Source: Candidatus Aenigmatarchaeota archaeon
GTDB taxonomy: Archaea; Aenigmatarchaeota; Aenigmatarchaeia; Aenigmatarchaeales; Aenigmatarchaeaceae
Reading direction: 5' to 3'
NCBI GenBank assembly: GCA_017609445.1
Contig: JAFCDY010000002.1
Span: 1 to 54,998 of the forward strand
DNA length: 54,998 bases
Numbering within the stretch: position 1 is the stretch's first letter; the number at the start of each line of letters is the position of its first letter. Shown here piece by piece: positions 44,524 through 53,510 of this stretch. The notes below the pieces were generated by a model. The model saw only the letters and a program-made list of their open reading frames with translations. It ran no database searches and was not told where the DNA came from. The translations under genes and the position numbers were made by a program.

Positions 44524-45564
44524 ATGGAAGGAGTTAAAAAAATATTATCTCAAATAAAACCTCTTATTGACGAGAAAATAGAAGAAATCTTACCCAAAAA
44601 AGGATTCCCCCAGATTCTTTTCGATGGTTCTTGGAAATATTTTGAATATGGAGGAAAAAGGTTCAGACCAGCTCTGATTGCTTTGGCATGCGAGACCCTG
44701 GGAGGGAAAGCAGAAGACACGCTATATGCTGGAACTGCTTTGGAGATAGCTCACGCATTTCTCTTAATTCATGATGATATTGAGGACTTCTCAGACGTTA
44801 GGAGAGGCAAACCTGCTTTACATGTAACCTACGGTAAGCCCCATGCAATTAACATGGGGGATTATCTGATAATGAAATCGTTTGAAAGTTTGGTTGCTGG
44901 AGCTAAGGTTTGGGGGCCCGAAAAAACCATAAAGATACTCAATCTATTCAACGAGATGCTTCTGAAAACAGGTGAGGGTCAGGCAACTGAAATAGAACAG
45001 AGAGATAAGGGTTTGTCAGAAGCAACAGACGATTGGTACAAAAAGGCGTCCCTCCTAAAAACAGGTTACTATTCTGGTGGCAGCCCTTGCGCAATAGGCG
45101 CGGTGATAGCCAACGGTACTGAGGAACAAATTGAAGCTCTGAAAAAGTTTGGTTTCGCAATAGGTATTGCCTTTCAGATTCAGGACGATATTCTGAATGT
45201 TACTATGAATCCAGAAGAAGAGAAGGTTGCCCCTGGAATTGGTGAAGGCGGCGTTGGGAAAGACTTTGCAGGCGATTTGAAGGAAGGTAAAAGAACCCTA
45301 ATGATTGTTCATGTTTATGGGAAGTCGAGCGATGAGGAAAAAAGGAAATTGGAGAAACTGATAGGAAAGAGGGATATCACAAAGGAAGAAAGAGTTGAAA
45401 TCATAAATATGATGAAAAAGCATGGCTCAATAGAGTATGCAAAAGAATATGCAAAGAAAATAATGGAGGAAGCTGTCAGGAATCTAAGAGAAGTATTTCC
45501 TGATAACAAAGGGAGAGAGAAGCTAGAAGAAATCGCAAGATTCCTGATTGAGAGGAACTTTTAG
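44524..45564 (+). CDS. idsA: Geranylgeranyl diphosphate (polyprenyl) synthase
   Basis: FARM LLIHDDIEDFSDVRRGKP and SARM FQIQDDILN. Confidence 0.9.
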   Translation: MEGVKKILSQIKPLIDEKIEEILPKKGFPQILFDGSWKYFEYGGKRFRPALIALACETLGGKAEDTLYAGTALEIAHAFLLIHDDIEDFSDVRRGKPALHVTYGKPHAINMGDYLIMKSFESLVAGAKVWGPEKTIKILNLFNEMLLKTGEGQATEIEQRDKGLSEATDDWYKKASLLKTGYYSGGSPCAIGAVIANGTEEQIEALKKFGFAIGIAFQIQDDILNVTMNPEEEKVAPGIGEGGVGKDFAGDLKEGKRTLMIVHVYGKSSDEEKRKLEKLIGKRDITKEERVEIINMMKKHGSIEYAKEYAKKIMEEAVRNLREVFPDNKGREKLEEIARFLIERNF

Positions 45565-45573
45565 GTGTATTAG

Positions 45574-47163
45574 ATGTCTGATATAATATTTGTAAAACTC
45601 GGCGGATCTGTCATAACAGACAAGAGAAAAAGAGAAACAGTTAGAGAGAAGAAAATAAGAAGAATAGCCAGAGAGATCAAAGCTGCAAAAAAGAAAAAGA
45701 AAAATCTTAAGATAATTCTCGGACATGGTGGGGGATCGTTTCCACACTATCCAGCTAAAAAGTATAGGGTAAAGGAAGGGATAGTATCAAAAGACAGTTG
45801 GCGCGGGTTTGCCGAAACAAGAGCCGCTGCCTCTAAGTTAAATCAAATTGTGACTGATATATTTCTAGAAGAGGGCGTTAATGTTGTTTCTTTCCAGCCG
45901 TCTTCCTCTGTAATAAGCGACAACGGAAAAATTGTTCATATGGACGTGAGGCAAATAAAATTCCTTATCGACAACCAACAGATACCGGTCACGTATGGGG
46001 ATGCTGTTCTTGATCAACAAAAAGGGTGTACTATAATTTCAACAGAAGATATTTTTGTATATCTCTCCAAACTTTTTTTGCCTAAAAAAATAATTCTAGC
46101 TGGTGAAGTAGAAGGGGTCTACACTTCAGATCCACTCAAAAAGAAGAATGCTGAGATAATTCCAGAGATATCAAATAAAAACATCGATGATGTGAAGAAG
46201 ATGTTGGGCGGATCGCATGGAACGGATGTAACTGGTGGCATGGTATCCAAAATAATGAAGTCATATGATCTCGTCAGGGTAAATCCTCAATTGAAGATAC
46301 AGTTGATTTCTGTTAATAAGAAAGGTAGATTGGAGAAGGCTATCTTAGGTAAAAAGGTAAAGGGTACGATTGTCAGATACATAGGAAAAAGTCCAATTCC
46401 AAAATATCTGTTTCTGGATGTTAATGGTGTTATAGTGAAACAGGGTGTCAAACCATGGTTTGAATTACTAAAAGATCTCGTCAAGGATAAACTGATATCC
46501 AAAGAGGACTGGAAAGAAAAGCTGTTCCCATACGTTGAGATGTATTTCAAAAGAAAAATGAATAGAGACGAAGCAGTAAAGTTAATAACCACAAATTACG
46601 CTGAAGCTCTGAAAGGAAAAAGTTATGAGTCAATAATCAATGCTGCCAAGAAGACATTAAGAAAAATAAGGAAGGCATACAACCCATATATCTTAAAGTT
46701 GATAGAACATGCTACAGAAAAGGGATGGAAAGTGATACTTATGTCTGGCAACTTCAGAGAAATAGGAGAATTGATAGGTAAAGATGTTGGGGCTGACGTG
46801 GTGTTTGGTGCCGGACTAGAAGAGTGGAACGGAATCATAACAGGAAAGGTCACTGGGGACTTCATGACAGCCAGTGGCAAGGCCCTGTCACTACAAAGGG
46901 TTCTCAATAGAGGAGAAACTATAAAGGAAAAGACTATCTATATTGGAGATGACTACGGAGACTGGAAAGCAATGCAACACTGCGGTTTCAATATAATATA
47001 TCAGCCGGATCTCTCTAAGAGTGATAAGTTAACTCTGGAAGAAAGAGAATGGATAGATGAGATAATGGATGTTATGAGAACCAAAAGTATTCCCAATCTG
47101 GTTATAGCAACTGGTTCAATGGAATCAATAAGGCTTGAAAGCTTGCTGGATAGAATATTCTAA
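45574..47163 (+). CDS. ipk: Isopentenyl phosphate kinase fused to a C-terminal HAD-IB-like (phosphatase-like) domain
   Basis: The N-terminal half is AAK/IPK (IFVKLGGSVITDKRK, GHGGGSFPH, TDVTGGM). The C-terminal roughly 270 aa carry HAD motifs LFLDVNGV (DxN variant), ILMSGN, SGK and YIGDDYGD. Confidence 0.8.
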   Translation: MSDIIFVKLGGSVITDKRKRETVREKKIRRIAREIKAAKKKKKNLKIILGHGGGSFPHYPAKKYRVKEGIVSKDSWRGFAETRAAASKLNQIVTDIFLEEGVNVVSFQPSSSVISDNGKIVHMDVRQIKFLIDNQQIPVTYGDAVLDQQKGCTIISTEDIFVYLSKLFLPKKIILAGEVEGVYTSDPLKKKNAEIIPEISNKNIDDVKKMLGGSHGTDVTGGMVSKIMKSYDLVRVNPQLKIQLISVNKKGRLEKAILGKKVKGTIVRYIGKSPIPKYLFLDVNGVIVKQGVKPWFELLKDLVKDKLISKEDWKEKLFPYVEMYFKRKMNRDEAVKLITTNYAEALKGKSYESIINAAKKTLRKIRKAYNPYILKLIEHATEKGWKVILMSGNFREIGELIGKDVGADVVFGAGLEEWNGIITGKVTGDFMTASGKALSLQRVLNRGETIKEKTIYIGDDYGDWKAMQHCGFNIIYQPDLSKSDKLTLEEREWIDEIMDVMRTKSIPNLVIATGSMESIRLESLLDRIF

Positions 47164-48086
47164 GGAATTATTAGGGTCCCAAATTCTGGTTTCTCATGGT
47201 CAAAATCTCCGACCATGGCCCTATACACATGTCTTGGTTCATCGCCCACTATAAAAACAGGTATATTGTTATTCTCAGCTATAGACATGGACTTCTCAAC
47301 CTTATTTAATATTGGACCAGAGGCATCTTCAGTACCGCTCAAATCTATTTCATCTATACCCTCGGAGACATGAACAATCGGTATTCTGACAGCATCGTCA
47401 TTAGCATTAGGATCTGTGTCATGGATACCGTTAATATCTGAAACCATAACAGCCATTTCAATCTCTAGCTCTTGAACACCACAAACAGCTTCTATAATGT
47501 TATCAGCTGAAAGCGGTATGTATGGGAATAATGGGTCAGAATAATTAAGACCAGATTCAGATGTTGCTTCTACAAGATCACCAAAAGAGTATGGAGTCAC
47601 CCCCCTATGCAAACTATCGGTAATTCCCTGAAGTAGAAGTTCCACATTATATTGACTGTCCCCGATATAAGTCGCACAATCAAACGGTGCAATAACATCT
47701 AAATCAATACCGGTTCTTGAGAAAATTTCATGGACCTCATTCACCAAATATTCCATGATATCCTCATGAACCCTACGTGATTCCTTTAGACCTTGTCTAA
47801 CCTGTGTAACTCCATAATGACCGACTCTCCCTGCCCCTGTAGCCATAATGAGCTGAAACCGTGGGCTGTTGGTTTGGGTTCCGACATCTTCTATGTAACC
47901 ATATACGTCTGTTTGAGAAGAAGTATTATCATAAGCATTCGGCAGATCCAAACCAAAGTAAGCAGAAGCTATCTCAAGCGTGGCTCTGTACAAACCTAAT
48001 TTGTTAATAGACGAACTATCAACTCTTTTAGGTGATATCACAGATCCACCGACTTTAACAGGAATGCATTTAGGAAGATTTGTCAT
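47160..48086 (-). CDS. Divergent amino-acid-kinase-fold protein (IPK/FomA-like paralog)
   Basis: IPVKVGGSVISPK, MATGAGRVGHYG and SDINGIHDTDPNANDDA follow the AAK/IPK motif order. The stop overlaps the ipk-HAD stop by 4 nt (convergent genes). Confidence 0.6.
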   Translation of the reverse strand: MTNLPKCIPVKVGGSVISPKRVDSSSINKLGLYRATLEIASAYFGLDLPNAYDNTSSQTDVYGYIEDVGTQTNSPRFQLIMATGAGRVGHYGVTQVRQGLKESRRVHEDIMEYLVNEVHEIFSRTGIDLDVIAPFDCATYIGDSQYNVELLLQGITDSLHRGVTPYSFGDLVEATSESGLNYSDPLFPYIPLSADNIIEAVCGVQELEIEMAVMVSDINGIHDTDPNANDDAVRIPIVHVSEGIDEIDLSGTEDASGPILNKVEKSMSIAENNNIPVFIVGDEPRHVYRAMVGDFDHEKPEFGTLIIP

Positions 48087-48181
48087 ATATTAGATTTGGA
48101 TAGAAAGACTTTTATAGGGATTGACAGTAACAAAAATCGTGTATAAATTTAAATAAGAAAACACAACTTAGAAGAGGTGTT

Positions 48182-48706
48182 TTGGTGGAACAAATAATAC
48201 TTGTTGATGAAAATGATAATGAGATAGGGTTTGAAGAAAAGATCAAAGCCCATGAAGACGGAGGAAAGCTTCACAGAGCTTTTTCTATTTTCATATTTAA
48301 CTCCAAAGGTGAGATGCTGATACAGCAGAGAGCATCCACCAAATGGGACTTTGCTGACTTTTGGACAAACACGTGCTGTTCCCATCCGAGGAAAGGAGAG
48401 AAACTGGAAGATGCTATCCATAGAAGACTTAAAGAGGAATTTGGTTTTGATACAGAACTGAAAGAAGTATTTAGTTTCGTATATAAAGGATCAGACGGCG
48501 TGACTGGATTAACTGAATATGAATTTGATCATGTTTTTATTGGAACATTTAACGGCGAGCCAAAACCAGACCCAGAAGAAATAGGAGATTACAAATGGAT
48601 AACAATGGAGGAACTAAAGAAAGATGTGAAAAATCATCCAGAAAAATATACTCCCTGGTTTAAGATAGTTTTAGAGAGATTTGACAAGGAAAACCAAACA
48701 AAATAA
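48182..48706 (+). CDS. idi: Isopentenyl-diphosphate delta-isomerase, type 1 (Nudix fold)
   Basis: LHRAFSIFIFNSKGEMLIQQRA, WTNTCCSHP and EYEFDHVF correspond to the type-1 IDI catalytic Cys/Glu regions. The start is TTG or GTG at 48182/48185, after GAGGTG. Confidence 0.85.
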   Translation: MVEQIILVDENDNEIGFEEKIKAHEDGGKLHRAFSIFIFNSKGEMLIQQRASTKWDFADFWTNTCCSHPRKGEKLEDAIHRRLKEEFGFDTELKEVFSFVYKGSDGVTGLTEYEFDHVFIGTFNGEPKPDPEEIGDYKWITMEELKKDVKNHPEKYTPWFKIVLERFDKENQTK

Positions 48707-48741
48707 ATTATTATAAATATTCTTTCTAACATATTTCTCGT

Positions 48742-50478
48742 ATGATAAGGCAACCTATAGTATGTGTTCTAGGTCATGTTGATCACGGTAAGACAACTTT
48801 ATTAGACAAAATAAGGCAGACAGCTGTAACTGCAAAAGAAGCTGGTGGAATAACACAAGCTATAGGCGCAACCGAGATCCCAATAGACGTTATTAAAAAA
48901 ATATGCGGACCACTTCTGGAAAAATTAAAAATAGACGTAACGATTCCGGGCTTGTTATTTATCGACACGCCGGGACACGAAGCTTTCACTTCTCTAAGGA
49001 AGAGAGGAGGAAGTTGTGCAGATTTAGCAATCCTGGTGATTGATATCAACGAAGGATTTAAAGCACAGACAGACGAGTCTTTAGATTTTCTAAAAGAATT
49101 CAAAACGCCTTTCTTAGTAGTAGCAAATAAAATAGACAGGATATCTGGATGGATTCAAAACAAAGACAAATCGTTTTTCGAGTCCTTCTCAAAACAGCCT
49201 GAATGGGTAAGGGAAAGACTAGATGAATTGCTATACAAAGTTGTCGGACAGCTTTCTGAAAGAGGGTTTGACTCAGAGAGAATAGACAGGGTCTCTGACT
49301 TCAAAAAAAATGTTGCGATTGTTCCGTGCTCAGGAATGACTGGCGAGGGGATTCCTGAAGTTTTAATGATTCTAACGGGACTGGCACAACAATTTTTGCA
49401 AAAGAAATTAGAAACAACAAAGGGTGTTGGAAGGGGTTCTGTATTAGAAGTAAAAGAACTAAAGGGTCACGGAGCAACAATAGATGTTGTTCTATATGAC
49501 GGTGAAATAAGAAAGGGTGACTGGTTGGTTATTGGCGGCAAAAAACCTGTTGTGACAAAAATAAGATCATTGTTAAAACCGCCTGCCATGAAAGAATTGA
49601 GAATCCAGAAACAATTTGAGACAATTGGTTGCGTACATGCGGCAGCTGGAATAAAGATATCAGCTCCTGGTTTGGATAAAGCAATAGCAGGAAGCCCGAT
49701 AGCTGCTGTCAGGAATGAAGGGGACGTGGAAAAAATTAAAGAGGAACTACAGAAATCAGTAGAAGAAGTTGAATTTGAGGTTTCAGGAGAAGGCGTTATT
49801 CTGAAGGCAGACACATTAGGAAGCCTAGAAGCGCTGATACATATTCTCAAGAAGAAGAATATACCGATTAAGAAGGCTGAAGTCGGTAATGTCCTTAGGA
49901 AAGATATTTTATCATTAGAAGCTGTTAAAGATCCGTTGAAGAAAACAATAATCGCCTTCAATGTCTCTATTGATGAAATCGCTAGAAAAGAAGCCAAAGA
50001 CAGAGGATTGAAAATAATCGAGAGTCCGATAATTTATAAATTAATAGAAGATTATGAGGAATTTGTTTCCGAACAAATCAAAAAGATGAGGGAAGAGAAA
50101 TTATCTTCGATAACAAGACCGGCTATAATCAAGCTACTTCCTGGAATGACTTTCCATGTTTCTAATCCCGCAATAGTTGGTGTTGAGGTTGTTGAAGGGA
50201 CAATAAAGTCTGGTTATTCTTTGAAGAGAGGTGAAAAAGAAATCGGAAAGATAAAAGCTATTCAAGCGGAAGGCTCCTCTGTCGTCGAAGCTAAGAAAGG
50301 GGAGAAGGTTGCTGTTTCTATTGACGGCCCGACTGTAGGAAGACATATCAGGGAAAACGATGAGTTGACGACTGTTTTAAGCAAAGTTGATATGAAGATT
50401 CTACAAGAGCTAGATCTCAGAGATGAGATTAAGTTAGCTAACAAGATAATGGGATTAGAACAGACCGAAACCCAGTAA
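48742..50478 (+). CDS. infB: Translation initiation factor aIF5B (IF2 homolog)
   Basis: RQPIVCVLGHVDHGKTTLLDKIR, DTPGHEAF, NKID and the four-domain length (578 aa). Confidence 0.95.
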   Translation: MIRQPIVCVLGHVDHGKTTLLDKIRQTAVTAKEAGGITQAIGATEIPIDVIKKICGPLLEKLKIDVTIPGLLFIDTPGHEAFTSLRKRGGSCADLAILVIDINEGFKAQTDESLDFLKEFKTPFLVVANKIDRISGWIQNKDKSFFESFSKQPEWVRERLDELLYKVVGQLSERGFDSERIDRVSDFKKNVAIVPCSGMTGEGIPEVLMILTGLAQQFLQKKLETTKGVGRGSVLEVKELKGHGATIDVVLYDGEIRKGDWLVIGGKKPVVTKIRSLLKPPAMKELRIQKQFETIGCVHAAAGIKISAPGLDKAIAGSPIAAVRNEGDVEKIKEELQKSVEEVEFEVSGEGVILKADTLGSLEALIHILKKKNIPIKKAEVGNVLRKDILSLEAVKDPLKKTIIAFNVSIDEIARKEAKDRGLKIIESPIIYKLIEDYEEFVSEQIKKMREEKLSSITRPAIIKLLPGMTFHVSNPAIVGVEVVEGTIKSGYSLKRGEKEIGKIKAIQAEGSSVVEAKKGEKVAVSIDGPTVGRHIRENDELTTVLSKVDMKILQELDLRDEIKLANKIMGLEQTETQ

Positions 50479-50579
50479 CAACGAGATTAGGATCAATAAC
50501 GGTTGATGTGATAAGTATAAGATTGATTTCCTAGAAACGCTTCATAATCTTTAAATATCTTGGTTATAATTTATAAACA

Positions 50580-50616
50580 CCCGGTAGTGAGCTGTTTTAG
50601 CAGCAAAACTGGGAGG
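50580..50616 (+). promoter_or_regulatory. Possible SD-sequestering hairpin in the S6e leader
   Basis: CCCGGT (50580-50585) can pair with ACTGGG (50608-50613). An inner stem GCTG/CAGC is also possible. The 3' arm overlaps the SD-like GGGAGG (50611-50616), 10 nt before the ATG. Confidence 0.25.
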
Positions 50617-50626
50617 AGTTGGTATA

Positions 50627-51064
50627 ATGCCATTTAAGGTAGTAATAAGCGAACCTAAAACAAAAAAAGCTTATCAAATAGAAAAAGACGTTCCTTCTTT
50701 AATCGGTGTCAAAATCGGTGATAAGTTCGACGGAAGCATGTTGGGTCTTTCTGGATTCACTCTTAAGGTCACTGGCGGAAGCGATAAAGAGGGATTTCCA
50801 ATGAGACCTGATCTTCAGGGGACTGCGAGGAAGAAAGTTCTTCTGACAAAATCTGTTGGATTCAGGGGACGAAAAACAATCAAGAAGAAAGGTAAGAAAA
50901 AACTTGTAAAGGTAAAGGGGATGAGAAAAAGGAAATATGTCAGGGGAAATACGATCTCAGATGAGATAATGCAGGTTAACTGTAAGATCGTTGAAGGCGA
51001 AGGTGACGTTGTTTCTATATTGGGATTGGACAAGAAAGAAGAGAAAGCTGAAGAGAAAAAATAA
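50627..51064 (+). CDS. rps6e: 30S ribosomal protein S6e
   Basis: FKVVISEPKTKKAYQIE...GGSDKEGFPMRPD is the S6e signature. Confidence 0.9.
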   Translation: MPFKVVISEPKTKKAYQIEKDVPSLIGVKIGDKFDGSMLGLSGFTLKVTGGSDKEGFPMRPDLQGTARKKVLLTKSVGFRGRKTIKKKGKKKLVKVKGMRKRKYVRGNTISDEIMQVNCKIVEGEGDVVSILGLDKKEEKAEEKK

Positions 51065-51065
51065 G

Positions 51066-51587
51066 GTGATTGGAATAGAGAGAGAAGTTGAGATAAAATT
51101 CAAAGTAGATCAGAACATTCTTTCTAGACTAAAAGATATCAAACTAGAACCTTATGAGGAAGTAGATGAGTATTTTACAACAAAAGAAATGCTGAATAAC
51201 TTCACATTTCTTAGGATCAGAAGAAAAAAAGGAAAGACAATCTTACAGCTAAAGGATGTAATCAAGGGCGGCAAGGACACTGAAGATTGTTACGAGTCAG
51301 ATGAGCTTCATCTAGAATTAGATGAAGAACAGTGCGAAAAAATCAGAAGAATGCTTTCAAAAACATTTCCACATAGCTTCACAATAAAAAAAATCAGGAG
51401 TAAGGGAACAATGAATGATTGTGAAATATGTCTGGATGACGTAGAAGGTTTAGGTAGGTTTTTAGAGATTGAAGGTGAAAGAGAAAAGATATTAGTGACT
51501 TGCAATAAACTTAATCTAGACACAGAGAATAGAGATATGGAAAGAGGATATGCGATAATGATGTCAAAGAAGCTGGGGTTATTATGA
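51066..51587 (+). CDS. CYTH-domain protein (class IV adenylate cyclase / triphosphate tunnel metalloenzyme-like)
   Basis: N-terminal EREVEIKFKV (ExExK), ..DEYF.., LRIRR, LQLK and DDVEGLGRFLEIEGE. GTG start at 51066 within track ORF 50991-51587. Confidence 0.75.
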   Translation: MIGIEREVEIKFKVDQNILSRLKDIKLEPYEEVDEYFTTKEMLNNFTFLRIRRKKGKTILQLKDVIKGGKDTEDCYESDELHLELDEEQCEKIRRMLSKTFPHSFTIKKIRSKGTMNDCEICLDDVEGLGRFLEIEGEREKILVTCNKLNLDTENRDMERGYAIMMSKKLGLL

Positions 51588-52789
51588 AGAAAAAGTTAGA
51601 CCCAAGAATGATACCCGAGATAAATATCGGCACTATTGGTCATGTTGATCACGGTAAATCAACCTTGGTCCAGGCAATAAGCGGAAGATGGCCTGCTCTG
51701 CACTCGGAGGAATTAAAAAGAGGGATCACGATTAAACTAGGTTACGCAGACGCAACAATATACAAATGCAAAAAGTGTAAGGGTCTCTCACCGATTGATA
51801 AATGCTCAAAGTGCATGGAAGTGTGCAACGCATTAAGAACTGTCTCTTTCGTTGACGCACCCGGACACGAAACACTGATGGCAACTGTATTAGCTGGCGC
51901 CAGTCTCATGGACGGTGTCTTGTTCACAATAGCTGCAAATGAAAAGTGTCCGCAACCCCAAACAAAAGAACACCTGATGGTTCTGGACATCGTCGGTATT
52001 AAAAATATAATCATTGTTCAGACCAAAGTTGACTTGGTAACAAAGGAAAAGGCTCTTGAGAATTATAAACAAATAAAGGAATTCGTCAAAGGCACGGTAG
52101 CTGAAGATGCGCCAATAGTTCCTGTTGCTTCTCAAAAGAAAGTGAATATTGATTTATTACTCAAAATGATTGAAGAAAAGATCCCTACTCCTAAAAGGGA
52201 AAAAGAAAAGCCCCCGAAAATGTTCATTGTGAGATCTTTTGATGTCAATAAACCAGGGACTGAAGTCAAAAAGATATCGGGTGGAATTCTCGGCGGTTCA
52301 ATAATCCAGGGTGAGCTAAAGGTCGGGGACGAGATAGATATAAGACCTGGATTGCAGAAAGGAACCAAGTGGGAAACAATTAAAACAAAAGTGGTTGGAC
52401 TACAGAAAGCTGGCTACAACCTCAAAGAAGCCGGGCCCGGCGGTTTATTGGGTGTGATGACTGAGCTTGACCCATTTTTAACTAAAGCCGATTCTCTTGG
52501 AGGGAGCGTCTTGGGCAAAGAACTTCCAGGAACCAAATATAATCTTTCTCTTAAAGTCAATTTGTTTGAAAGGGCCGTTGGCTTGGAGAAAATAGAACCA
52601 ATAAAAGCTGGAGAGCCACTCATGTTGAATATCGGAACAGCAAGGACTGTTGGTGTTGTTGATTCTATCAAAAAGGAAGTTGATGTTTCCCTGAAAATAC
52701 CTGTCTGCTGTGAAAAAGGCGACAAGGCTGTTATTTCTAGAAGAATCCAGGATAGATGGAGATTAATTGGCTGGGCAGAGATAAGGTGA
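51584..52789 (+). CDS. eif2g: Translation initiation factor aIF2 gamma subunit
   Basis: NIGTIGHVDHGKSTLV, a zinc-ribbon insert (CKKC..CSKC), DAPGHE and QTKVD. ATGA overlap with the CYTH gene. Confidence 0.95.
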   Translation: MKKKLDPRMIPEINIGTIGHVDHGKSTLVQAISGRWPALHSEELKRGITIKLGYADATIYKCKKCKGLSPIDKCSKCMEVCNALRTVSFVDAPGHETLMATVLAGASLMDGVLFTIAANEKCPQPQTKEHLMVLDIVGIKNIIIVQTKVDLVTKEKALENYKQIKEFVKGTVAEDAPIVPVASQKKVNIDLLLKMIEEKIPTPKREKEKPPKMFIVRSFDVNKPGTEVKKISGGILGGSIIQGELKVGDEIDIRPGLQKGTKWETIKTKVVGLQKAGYNLKEAGPGGLLGVMTELDPFLTKADSLGGSVLGKELPGTKYNLSLKVNLFERAVGLEKIEPIKAGEPLMLNIGTARTVGVVDSIKKEVDVSLKIPVCCEKGDKAVISRRIQDRWRLIGWAEIR

Positions 52790-52838
52790 TTGTCGAATCG
52801 CTTTGAAAGAATATAAAGGCTCCTGAGAAAATCATTTT

Positions 52839-53081
52839 ATGCTGGCCCGTGATTCTAAACTTATCGCACTACCTGAAGATCAACAATTCAAACCCCCGTC
52901 TGTATATGGTCAACCCCACGGTGGTGATTATCGAGATAATGTCGTCTGTTTTTATCGTGCACTTCTTCTAGCTATGGGAGAAACCCCACCTAATCGTGAA
53001 TATATGTCGGCTCTTGGAAGGTCGGCTCTTAATGTTATGATGAGGTTCCCAGAAACTTATCCTGATTGCATTATGGGTTAA
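52839..53081 (+). CDS. Hypothetical small protein (orphan, foreign-looking codon usage)
   Basis: 80-aa ORF in which 4 of 6 Arg codons are CGT/CGA, whereas neighbouring housekeeping genes use almost only AGA/AGG. Confidence 0.4.
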   Translation: MLARDSKLIALPEDQQFKPPSVYGQPHGGDYRDNVVCFYRALLLAMGETPPNREYMSALGRSALNVMMRFPETYPDCIMG

Positions 53082-53115
53082 AAATCTATTTATTGGAGTT
53101 TTTCTAACTTAAATT

Positions 53116-53472
53116 ATGGATTGTCAGATATGTAAGAAGAAGCTGGGAGAATATCAGTGTTCTGTTTGTAAGAAACTAGTCTGCGAAGACCATCACAAAA
53201 CAATAGACGGAAAAGTTTATTGTACAGAACATCTTCCTAAAGAACCAGGAAGAAAACAAGGAATCAAGAAAGCAATAATAACTGTCTTTATTCTTTTGGT
53301 GGGTGTCGTATCGATATCATATATTTTAGAGTATTATATAGGAGCCTCGCCCATGTTCTCGGACGTTGCTCCACTTATGGCAGGATTCACGACAATAAGA
53401 ACAATGGTATCAATGGCTCTGACAGCTATTCTGATATTGTTGCTGATAGCATATTTCTTCACGAAGAAATAA
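53116..53472 (+). CDS. Zinc-ribbon/B-box-like membrane protein
   Basis: N-terminal CQIC..CSVC..CEDHH..CTEH, followed by two or three TM helices. Confidence 0.55.
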   Translation: MDCQICKKKLGEYQCSVCKKLVCEDHHKTIDGKVYCTEHLPKEPGRKQGIKKAIITVFILLVGVVSISYILEYYIGASPMFSDVAPLMAGFTTIRTMVSMALTAILILLLIAYFFTKK

Positions 53473-53510
53473 AGTTTATAAATCCAGAATACACAATTAA
53501 ATTGAAGATT

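Noticed and set aside
50503-50550. Possible C/D-box sRNA (TGATGTGA resembles a C box)
   Set aside because: No CUGA D or D' box lies at the expected spacing, and there is no terminal stem.
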